This document shows positions 48,679 to 59,400 of a stretch of 64,000 bases of DNA, piece after piece. Below the pieces are notes generated by a model, which worked only from the letters and a program-made list of their open reading frames with translations, searched no databases and was not told the origin of the DNA. The DNA lies in the NCBI GenBank assembly GCA_907165135.1, contig OU015570.1, forward strand, positions 2,191,929 to 2,255,928, in the 5' to 3' direction. How positions within the stretch are numbered: the stretch's first letter is position 1; every line of letters begins with the position of its first letter. The DNA is from Oikopleura dioica. Lineage: Eukaryota > Animalia > Chordata. The translations under genes were made by a program, and so were the position numbers.

Positions 48679-49380
48679 CTAAATGCCTCCTGCTTCCGGC
48701 TTTTCCTGACGTGGCCTTTTCGTTATAAAGATGTTTTTTGGGTCTTTGAGCTTCATGAGGCTATCTTTGGAGTCGTAATTGCCTTGGAATAGAATCGCCG
48801 ATGACTTCCATGCCTCCAAGACTGAGTCAAAAACCTGTACAATGGTGTTTTGGATGCTCTGGATAAGTTCAGAGTCCATGGATGAAAGATTTTGGGTCTT
48901 AAAGGCCTCCGAGAGTCGGGTGTACATTTGCTGCCATTCATCGCTGGCGTTGTTGATTCTGATTCTTTCCCCCACCAGATCTCTCTGGTAGATTCCATTT
49001 TTGGACATGCAGGATTCTGTGCATTGTTGCTGACGGAACTCTTTAATTTCTTGAGCCTCTTGGTGTCTAATGCACCAGGCTGATTTCTCTTTGGCTTCCT
49101 TGCAGAAAGGCCACTCGCAGGACCTCTCTCTTTTTTCCGGTTTTTGATGTCGGAACTTTAGACGCGTCATTTTTGAGACCTTTTCCCTTCTTTTTATCCA
49201 AGCGTCGGCGAAGCTTTTCAGGATCATGTTTGGGCTGAATCTCTTCCCACACCCCAACATCCAGCCTGTTGTCAGGATTCCCAGGTTTTGTTCCAGAGAT
49301 CGGAATTGAGGGTAGGCTTTGGTGTCTCTGACTACCTTCCCGATGATTTCCGGGATCGTCTTTTGAGTCGAGAAACGGTT
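48679..49380 (-). CDS. Unknown ORF (over 230 aa) with a C-x4-C-x9-C-x2-H motif; 5' end cut by a MITE
   Basis: ORF 48679..49416 contains CEWPFCKEAKEKSAWCIRH. Its annotated start lies inside the 49385..49533 palindrome. Confidence 0.5.
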   Translation of the reverse strand, partial: NRFSTQKTIPEIIGKVVRDTKAYPQFRSLEQNLGILTTGWMLGCGKRFSPNMILKSFADAWIKRREKVSKMTRLKFRHQKPEKRERSCEWPFCKEAKEKSAWCIRHQEAQEIKEFRQQQCTESCMSKNGIYQRDLVGERIRINNASDEWQQMYTRLSEAFKTQNLSSMDSELIQSIQNTIVQVFDSVLEAWKSSAILFQGNYDSKDSLMKLKDPKNIFITKRPRQEKPEAGGI

Positions 49381-49384
49381 GTAG

Positions 49385-49533
49385 GCGGTTTGGTGGGATT
49401 TTAATCCTGCGAACACTGAAGTGCCTGTCGTGGCATTTTTAATCCCATGAAATGAAATATGCTGTCGTGGGTTTTTAAAAATCCCACGACAGGCACTTCG
49501 GTTGTCATGGGATTTTCAATCCCACCAAACCGC
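49385..49533. mobile_element. 149-bp palindromic MITE
   Basis: GCGGTTTGGTGGGATT...AATCCCACCAAACCGC. Confidence 0.75.
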
Positions 49534-49759
49534 ATTTCGGGCCATTATTTTCGTGGGATTTTTTTGCTCAAAAGTCGAAAACAAATTTGGAGTTTCTAGT
49601 GCATCTCCAGAACAAAGTTGTTATTTTCAAAAGTTAGTTTGCTCCTAAACGTGATTGAGGAAGTCGAAATGGATTTAAAAAGAGAATTAGCAGCTCTTCT
49701 TAGCGGAAGATATTTGTCTACAGCTGATTTGAAAGAAATTATCAATGAAGCTAATGAAG

Positions 49760-50661
49760 CAGGGGTCTGGATTCGCTTTGCGAATTCGCTCATGAGCGAA
49801 GCGAAGCGAAGCGAAACGAATTCGCTTCGCTTCGCTTTCGCTTTTTGTTATTTCAATTCGCTTCGCTTCGCTTTCGCTTTTTACCAAAAATTGCTTAGCT
49901 TTAGTTTAAACTCAAGTGGAAATTTTGCTGAATGAGCTAAGTTGGCACTTGTAAAAGCTGAGCTCAGAGAAGTTTTACTGTTTTTAAAGTAGACAATATT
50001 CTGAGCTGCGCTGAGCTGAGCTGTCCTTCACAAAAAATCATTGAGCTGAGCTGACTCTTCAAATTCATTCAGTTAATTTGAGCAAGGCAGTCAATATTAA
50101 AAAATGATTGACCTGAGCTGAGCCACACAGCCTCTTCAGCTCACTAATCTCAGAAAATTTGCAATTTGAAAAATCGGAGAGGGAGTCCGAATGGAGTGGT
50201 CTCCATTTTCCTGAGTCGCCGTTTGCCCAAGATCTCTGTATGTCCAACTTGAGGAATCGGCGAATTGGACAAACGGCGATGTATTATAATTTAAATCGAT
50301 TGATCTTATAACTTCATATATTGGCCTCCCGACAATCAATTTTGACATCACCATCTTCAATCCCGGCTTCAAAAATTTCGATCCTTGCTTTTCAGACGTC
50401 AATCAATCTTGGCATCTCCAGCACCGATCCGGGCGTCACTAATAAAAATGAAACCATACATAAAATGGACACTTTTTCAAAGGTTAAATATTTCCGGAAA
50501 ATTTTCGCATTTTTTCGCTTTTTAGAAAAATTTTTCGCTTCGCTTCGCTTTCGCTCACGAAATTTTCATTCGCTTCGCTTCGCTTTCGCTTTTAATTTTT
50601 GAAAAATTTTCGCTTTCGCTTCGCTTTCGCTTTTCATTTTTGGCCAAAATCCAGACCCCTG
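49760..50661 (+). mobile_element. CAGGGGTCTGG-TIR MITE, near-identical to 23729..24630
   Basis: Identical ORF-track translations in both copies. Right flank GTTAACT; the left flank does not match it. Confidence 0.9.
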
Positions 50662-51321
50662 GTTAACTTGGATTCTCCGTAGATCTGAGATTAATCCCCT
50701 ATAGAACAGATCATTGCGCTTTATTTGCGCCCTTTGCCGCGCGGGGGCAAATTGGGGAACTCGAGATATTTAAGGTTTTCTAGGTTGAAACGAGGCCAAA
50801 AAATGCTGAATTTCAAGGATTATGAAAAAGTTACGCTAAAAATTGAAAAAAATATTGAAATTTCCGAATAGATGACGTCATAGCACGTTATTGAAGTCCA
50901 AAAACTGGAATTTCGGCCTAGCTCTAGAATTTTTTCCCCAAGACTTACGAGTGACATAAGCACATCATTTGAATCAGAAAAGAACGGGGATCATTTTAAG
51001 ATAAAATTCGTAAGGGAGAATCGACATCGACTTTTTTTTGGCGAGCCCTACTCTAGATAACACGGAAAAGGGTAGTTTAGGTGTTGTATTCAAGTTAGGT
51101 GAACACTGACTTGTGTTGAGTTAACACTTAATTGTGTTATGGTTGCACAGACTGAACGCAGTGAAAAAGCGGCGGGCGCCTCCAGATCTCTATCAGATCT
51201 AACGGCTTCTTGCTGACCTAACAGCTCCCCAGTCTTCGAAGTCTTCTGACGATTGGAGACTCTAGAATTGAAGAAAGAAGAAGTGTAGAGATGATCCAGC
51301 GGAAGATGTCCAATAGGAGTA

Positions 51322-51774
51322 CAGTACACTCGCACAATTTGGCCCCGCACAATTCGGCCCTTTTTTCGAATTTCGCTAAAACGTTTGAAAATCGCACAAT
51401 TTGGCCCCCTGACCCTCTTTATCAAAACTAATAATAGAACGAAAGTTTTATTTTATAGATATTTATTGTTTCTTGAAGAAAGACAGAATTGTAGAGTCTA
51501 ATGTAGACTGCTTCGTTTTCTTCTAAGTGGGAGTTGGATGATCGCGACTTCTTCGGCGTCCATGTTTTCTTCGACTTCTTCGGCTTCCTAGTTTTCTTCG
51601 TTTTCTTCGGCTTCTTTCGGCTCTCACTGTAGTTGAGCGGTCGCGGAGGCAAGCTCATCGATTTCTTCTTCAAGGGCGTCCATTTGATCCCAGATCCTTT
51701 CTTCATCCTCGTCTTGAATTTTCATGTCCTTAAAAGTTTTTTAAAGAAAAGGGCCAAATTGTGCGAGTGTACTG
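51322..51774. mobile_element. TA-flanked MITE carrying a coding-like fragment
   Basis: TA-CAGTACACTCGCACAATTTGGCCC...GGGCCAAATTGTGCGAGTGTACTG-TA. Confidence 0.8.
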
Positions 51775-53075
51775 TAGAGATGAAAACGGTGCTGAGCCAA
51801 GCGTTTCAATTTGTGATGCGCGTTGTGAAGATCGAACCAAGCGAGTAGAAAATATGCAGTAAGTTGACCAAACAAGAAGATTTACCTTGGTTGGGCACTC
51901 ATGTTTTGGAACAATGAGTGGCGCGTTAGCGACTTGGTTTGAGCATAGTTCTAGTTGGCTGATCAGAACCTGTTGCCGATCAAAGGCGCAACTTTGACGG
52001 AGGTTTTGAATATCATCCAGCTCCCCAAACTTTCGGCAAGGCATGAAGTTGGAAGAAGGTTCTAGATGAAGCAGACGGGCGGTTTCGCATCGCGTCCAGG
52101 TGAGCATCCCCAAATACATACACTTGAAGCACTTTTAAGGCCGACCCTTTTAAGGCCACTTTTTCGAAAAATTCCCGAAATCTGTCATCCTAAAAAAATC
52201 CACTTTAAGGCCATTTTCACTTCAATTTCAGTTCAAAATCCGAAAGTTACAGTGTCACTTGAAAAAGCTCTATTTCGGGTGTAGGGCGGCTACGTTACAA
52301 ATAGTTAAAATTGTAACAGCGTTACAAAAATTCAAAATCAAAATCATTGAACGAGTGGGCGCTTCGCGCCTGAATTAAAGGAAACTACACTTTGGCACAC
52401 CTTATCGCTTATTCTGTCCAAAATAATAAGAATTACGGAATGGAAAATAATTTTTATTGGGAAAAAAATCTGAATTCTTGTAACGGCGTTACAAAATTGT
52501 AACGGCGTTACAAATTTGTAACGTAGCCGCCCGTCCCCCTTTAGTTCTTCGACTGCGTGATGCTGTTCTTTGACGTCTTCACGTAAATCTCTTAATATCT
52601 TTTTTCTAAGCATTTGCCGTGTTTTTTTCTTTTTTAAGACATGCTTAGGGTTTTTTTCGGGAAAATGAAGTTTGTCGTATTTTCATGAAAATTCACTGGT
52701 ATATGTAACTTTTCTTGCTGATTCCAAATATATAACTATTTTTTTGATACGTCCACTAGTTCGCGCTCGAGAGCACTTTTCTTGAGCCATATTTGCCTCT
52801 CTAAAAATGGATTCAAAAGCCCGATAATCGTTCTTTTTTTTCAATTGCTAATACATAATAAAGATTCCGCAATCATTCCGGTCTAATGGCAGTTCTATTC
52901 TGGGGTTTCAATAAGCTCATTAAGTCCGTCAATAAACACAAATTTTCGGTGCGAGCACAAATGCGCGCGCTAATCCTGCCAATTCTGAAGAGTTTTTTTT
53001 CTTAAATTGTTTTTTATTTCAAATTATCTGGCAGTGTAGTTAATATTAGTGAAGAAGGATAAGAGTGTTGAAGAA

Positions 53076-56000
53076 TTACAGAAGCTTCTTTTTTCGTGGG
53101 AGGGACGATCGCACTGGTGTCTGCATTTCTTTCTTGATTCTTTTTGCTTCTTTTTTCTCCAATTTTTTTGCTTTTTCTTCGGCGATTCGTTCTTTACGGC
53201 GATTCGCGATGTTCTGAAGCTTTACTTGAGTAGCTTTACGCGCAGCATGGTAGTTCGATAGTGCTGTCTTTGAGTCGATCTTTTTCCACAGCCTCTCAAC
53301 TTGAGTTTTTGTCATTGAGCGGAAGAAGTTTTGCAGATTGTTCATTCGGGCGATTGTCATCTGAACAATAGTGTCTGTACTGGCCGCTGATTTGTGAAGC
53401 TCTGTCTCCTTGAAAAGGCCAAAGACGGATTCTGCAAAACGGTTGCAGCAAACATAAAGGCCCTCCACTGTGAGTGTCTGATAGTGTGCAAAATCTTTCT
53501 CGATTTTGTATTTCAGCTTGTTGATTGACGCGAGAGCTGCAGCATTGAGATTTGCCGATACAGTGTCACTTCTTTCTCCTTTCATCATCAAATCGAGGTC
53601 TCTAAAATGAAAATTAATTCTCATAAAAGGCTAGTCTGTGAAAAGCCCTTCTCAAAAAAGGCTAGTCTGAGAACAGCCCTTCTCGAAAAAGGCTAGTCTG
53701 AGAACAGCCCTTCTCAAAAAAGGCTAGTCTGAGAACAGCTCTTCTCAAAAAAGGCTAGTCTGAGCAAAGCCCTTTACTAATAAGGCAATTTTACCTGTAG
53801 AATTTTTGTCTGGAAGAGTTCGTAGAAGCAAGAAGATACAATGTATCAAATGGACTGTCGCATTGGAGAATTCTTGTGGCCTCTTCAGAAGATGTTCTCA
53901 AGGCGGTCTTGACATCTTGAATCGTTGATTCTTCCTTCTCTGCCGTACGAAGGATCGGTCCACAAAATGCTGACCAGACAAAGACAACGATCGCGATCTC
54001 AGGCAAGACTCCTTCTTTCCCAAGGTGGCTGAGAAGATTTTTCGCCCTGGTATTCGTGTTTTCGTTTCTTTTCAGAGCAGCCATCACTGCCTGGTAGTGG
54101 ATGATGAGATTTTCTGCATTCTGTCGCGCTGTTCCCATGCGGCTTCCTAGATCTGTCGTGAAGGGAAATTTGTTCCTGCCTCCTCCACGAGCTTCGATTT
54201 CTTTCGATAAACTAGAAAAGCGTTATTTTGATTAAAAAGTATTAGACTTACTCATTTTTAATATCGAATTTATGGAAACCGCTGTTTGTTGGTGATCCAA
54301 ACAAAATTTTAATCTCCTGGAGACACTCTTGAGCGAGAGTTGTCTGCCCTTCATGTCCTTTTTTGTCGAGATTAGAGCAGGTATGCAGGATACACCAGAG
54401 CACTTCTATAGGAGCATTTGGATCGTTTCTGCGGAGTCTGATGTGTTGAAGAAGTCGTTCATTCGCATTGATCTGGCCGGTGAATGTATCGCTCAGAATC
54501 GTATCAACCTTCTCCCAGATCTTCATACCAGTTGCTTCGTCTTGCTCGACAGATGCGATGATGGCTTGCGATGTGTTCTCACCATCTTTTCCGTGGCCAA
54601 GCAAAATATCGAAAAGAAGTTGCTCCTTCTTTTCGTTTATCAGCGTGATGTTGAGGATGTCCAAGTTTGCTCTTGCTGTTGTCTAAAACAATGATTATTA
54701 CATGCATAGGGCATTAAATTGAGCCTCAAAGGCTAGTCTGAGTAAAGCCCTTCTCGAAAAAGGCTAGTCTGAGAACAGCCTTTCTCAAAAATGCTAGTCT
54801 GAGTAAAGCCCTTCTCAAAAAGGCTAGTCTGAGAACAGCCTTTTTCAAAAGGCTAGTCTGAGAACAGCCTTTTTCAAAAGCTAGTCTGAGGAAAGCCCTT
54901 CTTAGAAGGCTGGTCTGATAATAAGTTTAAAACTACTTACTCCGTCGGTGCCAAGTGTTAACCGCATGGGACAGAAGGTGTATTCCACTGCACTTAAGGA
55001 CTTTTCAGCTAAATAACTTCCGAACGAATAGTCCAAATTAGATAAAAATTAACATGGTTGTTCCTTCACTTTATTGAAGCATGTCTGCCAAGTTTCAAGG
55101 AATTATCGGTTACCGACCGCCCTCTGCACCGGATTATATGCGGCCTAATTGCCCTCCCGCTGAGTGTTTGCACATTGAAACCGAACCAATATCAAGAATT
55201 TTGTCTACTAAAAGGGGTTTTATATGTTTTCGATACTGCTGATTTCAAATATTGAATTTACTTTTTCGAGAAATCTAAATAAGAGATAATTTTTGAAACC
55301 CTCCATAGAAAAATGGCATTTTTCTGCAATAAGAAAAAGCGCTATGCAAATTTTGATAGCGGATTTGAAATCTACACCCCAAAATTAGTATTGGGTATAA
55401 TTTTCAAGTTTATCCGACCAGTAGTTTTCTTAAGTGCAGTGGAATACACCTTCTGTCCGAGCGCCTCTATCCCCCGATCTGTCCCATGCGGTTAAACGAG
55501 TTGCATTATCCACGAAAGCATCAATTTGCTCTTTGTTGGCAAGAGGAAGTTGTTGCCTCAGCTTGTTGAGTTGAGATGCGGATGGAGCAGCCCTAACTTT
55601 GTTGTCTGGTGAGTAGTGGAAGATCTCAAAATCGTCAAAGTAGTTCTGGTTGTTTCGCTGTATTGATGCAATCGAATCACCGCTTGCGACTTGACGCATC
55701 AACTTGTGTTTTGACGTTTTCGAAAGCTGCGGATTGTTAGATCCTTTGCCTTTTCCTTTTGACTCCTGTGACTCCTTGATGAAAAACTGATTCGCTTGGA
55801 GCGCAGCCCTCAACAAAGCGTTTTCAGCCGGTTCCTCTGTCTCTTCATCAGTTTCACAATAGTTCGGAGCTGTTGTTTTGCGTTTTTGCAGGTTTGCAAG
55901 GAAAGTCTTGCGACCCTGAAATTTGCGTCACTGGATGCTTGATTTTTGTTTAAATTTACCTCCATTTCGAAAAAGACGAGTAGCTTTCTCAGTGAATCTC

Positions 56001-56187
56001 TTCGGATCTGGTCTCTCTGGAAAAAGAAATTTTCTTCATCATCCTTGACAGCTCTGATGAATCGGTAAAGAATTCGGCAATTTCCTTTTCCGAACCTTTT
56101 CGTCTTTTTATCAGCATCGATCTCTTCTCTGGTCGTAAGACCTTTTTCAATCAATTTATCTTCTGCTTCTTCTAATGTCAAGAACAT
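53076..56187 (-). CDS. Five-exon hAT-like DDE transposase, 680 aa after splicing and MITE removal
   Basis: Exons 56187-55960, 55915-54941 (minus MITE), 54682-54252, 54211-53795 and 53601-53076 total 2043 nt. GT-AG introns of 44, 258, 40 and 193 nt have consistent phases. Motifs LGTDGTT (D), ILSDT (D), WCILHTCSNL (CxxH) and NRFAESVFG (E). Confidence 0.85.
53627..53775. repeat. Minisatellite of about 30 bp in transposase intron 4
   Basis: About five copies of aaggctagtctgagaacagcccttctcaaa. Confidence 0.9.
54728..54920. repeat. Same minisatellite of about 30 bp in transposase intron 2
   Basis: About six copies of aaggctagtctgag(t/a)a(a/c)agcc(c/t)ttctcaaa. Confidence 0.9.
54962..55491. mobile_element. 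piggyBac-type MITE (TTAA TSD, CC...GG ends)
   Basis: TTAA-CCGCATGGGACAGA...TCTGTCCCATGCGG-TTAA. Removal restores NATRLTLGTDG. Confidence 0.9.
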
Positions 56188-56963
56188 ATTTTGGAATAAT
56201 GAATTTCATTGTAACACTGGACAAGCAAGAAATACACATCGAACCACCTGTTTTTGTCACCTCGCAATAGAAGGTTCGGACCGCGCTGCGGGCGATTCAG
56301 CTCGGCGCTTCGAGCGCGCACCGAGAGTACTCTAGTTATCTGACGATAGTGGGCGACCGGAGGGACCCGGAAAATTTATTTTTGAGAGAAGAGAGATGAA
56401 TGTTTGATTAAAAACATATCGAAAAATGAGCGTCCGGCCAAGATCGGCTCTATATGATTTACCCCTTCGAAAAGTAAAATTCAAGTTTTTGATTATTTTC
56501 AATCTTTTTTGCCATTTTTTCTTATATTTGGAATCAGTAGGTAAGATTACATATAACTCTTAAAAATCAAAAAGAAAGGATCAATATTTCGGGTAGTCGG
56601 GGATGCGAAAAAGGGCTCTCGCGTTCCCAAAAAACCCTAGACATGCTTTACGAATATTACTTTTGAAAAAATGAAAGAAAGAATCATGTTGAGTTCAATT
56701 TAAAGGACACATTCTGAAAAGGCTACGATTCATACTTTGTTCGGCCGAAAAAAATAATACTATTTCTATTTTTTAGGAAATAAGTTGAAAGTATATTCCG
56801 AAAACAGTGAAAGAAAGTTAAGTTCTGAATAATTTTATGAACCCTCATTTATCTTTTTTTTCCAAAGAAAGTAAAAAATTTGTTGTCATCCGACTCGAGA
56901 CAAAAAATATCCATTTTAAGGCCACTTTTGAAATTCGCTGTCATCCGAAAATCGGCCTTAAAA

Positions 56964-58440
56964 GCTCGTAGTCTTTCGCTGTAGCTATCTTCCGATGAAA
57001 TCGACGAGTCAGCACTTACATCAGCTGGCTTTTGCTCGGATTCCTGAGTCGAAGTAGGGTCGGCGGCGTGTCTGTTATGCGACTTTTGAGAAGATTCTGG
57101 ATCTGGCGAGTTCAACGGAAAGTGCGTGTGAATCGCGACCAGAAGTTGAAGAATGGTGTCCGTTTGAGCATCAAGAAGCAGCAATTTCTCCAAAATGCTC
57201 GTGGCCAAAGACATCTTCGCGGCAACAGCTAGAATAAAATCTGCCTCGTGTTGTCGAGTCGAAGGGTGCCACAGAACAAATACATCATACGCCCATTTTA
57301 CCATCGAGGTAAAATCTTCGACGCTTTCACGACTGATCAAGTCGTATTCAGTTGACAAGTCCAAGCAGTTGTAGATTTCCAGACGTTCATCGTGGTTGAG
57401 ACAAGCCTCACTTACAGATTCATGAGCGCTTGCGTCGGTGGTGCGACGTGTCAGCCGTTTCAACCTCGCGCCAATCTCGGCGGGAGAGAAGAAGGAGAGT
57501 TCGCGGGAGACGATGGAGTCGAGAAGGTCCGATTGAAGTCGACGAGCGTATTCGAAGTCGGCAGTATCGATGAGTTTATCGGGGTGCAGAAGTACGTGAG
57601 TCATGAAGTGCAGATGCGCAGTGAACTTTTTGGCGGTGAGCGAAACCAGGCCAAAAAATTTTGCCGTTAAGATCGCATCATGAGCAGCAGCGTAGTCGGC
57701 GAAAACGGGCCGATCAGCAATGCCAACGGATTTCTTCGCGTTTGAAACCCAGCGGACTTGTGGAAATTACTGGTCGGGTTCTTGGGCAATCGTGCGCTGG
57801 CGAAAATCAGCGGCGGCAGAAGAAGAGGCTTACTACCTGTGGAGAGCACTGAAGTTGATTCCAAGTCGAATTACTTCGAGTGGCGCGAATCCGCGTCTTT
57901 TTCAGCTCCAGCTGTTTCGGGCGACGTTGAACAAGTGAAGAGGAGTTTAGCAACGGCGGTGACGAGTTAAAGTTGACCCAGCTAGGCGGGCTAGAAGATA
58001 ACAAGTCGGGCAGTACGTCTCGGGAAGTTTGAGTCGACCAATGCGAGGCAGTGGCAGAAAGGGCGCTTCCGTTGTCGTCGTTGTTGAAGTCGAAGGTGGT
58101 GCAAACAGCGCGGTCACTGTTGGCCTGGTCGTTGGCGTGATGAAAAGAGCGGTCAAGTGTACACGAGACTTGATTTACCTCAAAGAAGCGCTCAAGTTTT
58201 TGAAAAACTATGAGCGGCGCGTTTTACGCGTCTTTGGGTCGTGACTTTACTTGCAAAAGTCCATCAGCAACAATTCGGTTGGTCCAAGCAGAAGTAGCGG
58301 TGTTGGCGGGAGATGTTGTGATTGCGCGCGGGAGTTGGCGGAATCAGCAACGGCAACGGTTGTTTTTGACCTGGCGCGCGAAGTTTGGGCCAAGTTGACT
58401 GTGGTGCGGTGGTTGACACGTCAGCAAACAGTCGAAAATA
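56964..58440 (-). pseudogene. gag-like region of the 51005..59053 LTR element
   Basis: 251-aa ORF 56849..57604 (its last residues run into MITE DNA) plus frameshifted coding-like text upstream, directly after the PBS leader. Confidence 0.5.
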
Positions 58441-59400
58441 AGTTCGTCTAGGTCCAGAGTTGAGCGGCAGAATTCCGGTAGTTAAACTTGGCGGCAGAAT
58501 CGGTGAAGTCGAAACGAGTACCTGCGTTGACCCCGAGTAATAAACTGATCAAGTTTATTTACTCCTCCAGGGGCTTTGTGGTGAGCAAATTCAGGCAGTT
58601 CCGAGGTAAGAATCACCGTTCGTGGCGGAGCAAGAATAAGCGGGAATCCAGCGTCCCAAAAGGTCTCCAGAAGTCTCCCAGATCGCGTAGTGGCCGAGTG
58701 AAACCAGGCGATCGAAAGCGTGTTACTTATTGTGAAGTAGTAGTCCGGTGTTCGTCGAAGAAAGCAAAAGAGCACACGAGTTGTCACCAGTTGATATTGC
58801 TTTTCGCTCTCTAAGTCTAACTGTAGCCTCTAGTAATTCGTAGGGGAGAATCGACATCGATTTTTTTTTGGCGAGCCCTACTCTAGATAACACGTAAAAG
58901 GGTAGTTTAGGTGTTGTATTCAAGTTAGGTGAACACTGACTTGTGTTGAGTTAACACTTAATTGTGTTATGGTTGCACAGACTGAACGCAGTGGAAAAGC
59001 GGCGGGCGCCTCCAGATCTCTATCAGATCTAACGGCTTCTTGCTGACCTAACAGATATATTATTCTGAATAATTTATTCATCATTATAAGAGGATGATAA
59101 AAAATTCGATTTTCCCACTGTGCACCCCCTAATTATTGGGAAAAAATGCAAAAATCGCCGAGATCAATTTTTCAAAAAAATATTTTCGATGTAAAAGTAT
59201 ATTTACTCTGAATAAACTACTGGCAAAATTTAGATAAAGGTCCGAACTTTCATATAAAAATATGAAATATGCATGTTTACAGGCAACATTCCTCGGAATA
59301 CGGCCATTTTTAGGGCGAATTTCGACCGAGATCAAAACTTTTAGGCGAAATTTTGTTAAAAAAACCTTAGAGGAAGAAAATTTCCTTCTGACAAAATTAA

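Larger units (their letters stand above)
52646..56639 (-). mobile_element. Autonomous-type hAT-superfamily transposon (3994 bp)
   Basis: GACATGCT(52638-52645)-TAGGGTTTTTTTCGGGAA...TTCCCAAAAAACCCTA-GACATGCT(56640-56647). 8-bp TSD confirmed by the empty site at 43606-43613. Confidence 0.9.
52121..56963 (+). mobile_element. Tc1/mariner-type MITE (ttttaaggcc family) split by the hAT element
   Basis: 52121-52645 and 56640-56963 join to match 43278..44145 (inverted) and 63583..64000. Confidence 0.85.
51005..59053 (-). mobile_element. LTR retrotransposon remnant with two LTRs and gag, no recognisable pol
   Basis: 5' LTR 59053-58792 (TGTTAG...ATATCA) followed by acTGGTGAC (PBS-like). 3' LTR 51223-51005, truncated, preceded by a purine tract ggggag. 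About 220 bp are nearly identical between the two LTRs. Confidence 0.8.

Noticed and set aside
47960-49760. A1 repeat expected at the 5' end of an Ngaro/PAT-type element
   Set aside because: I could not find a copy of 44753-45125 upstream of the ORFs, so the left end of the YR element is undefined.
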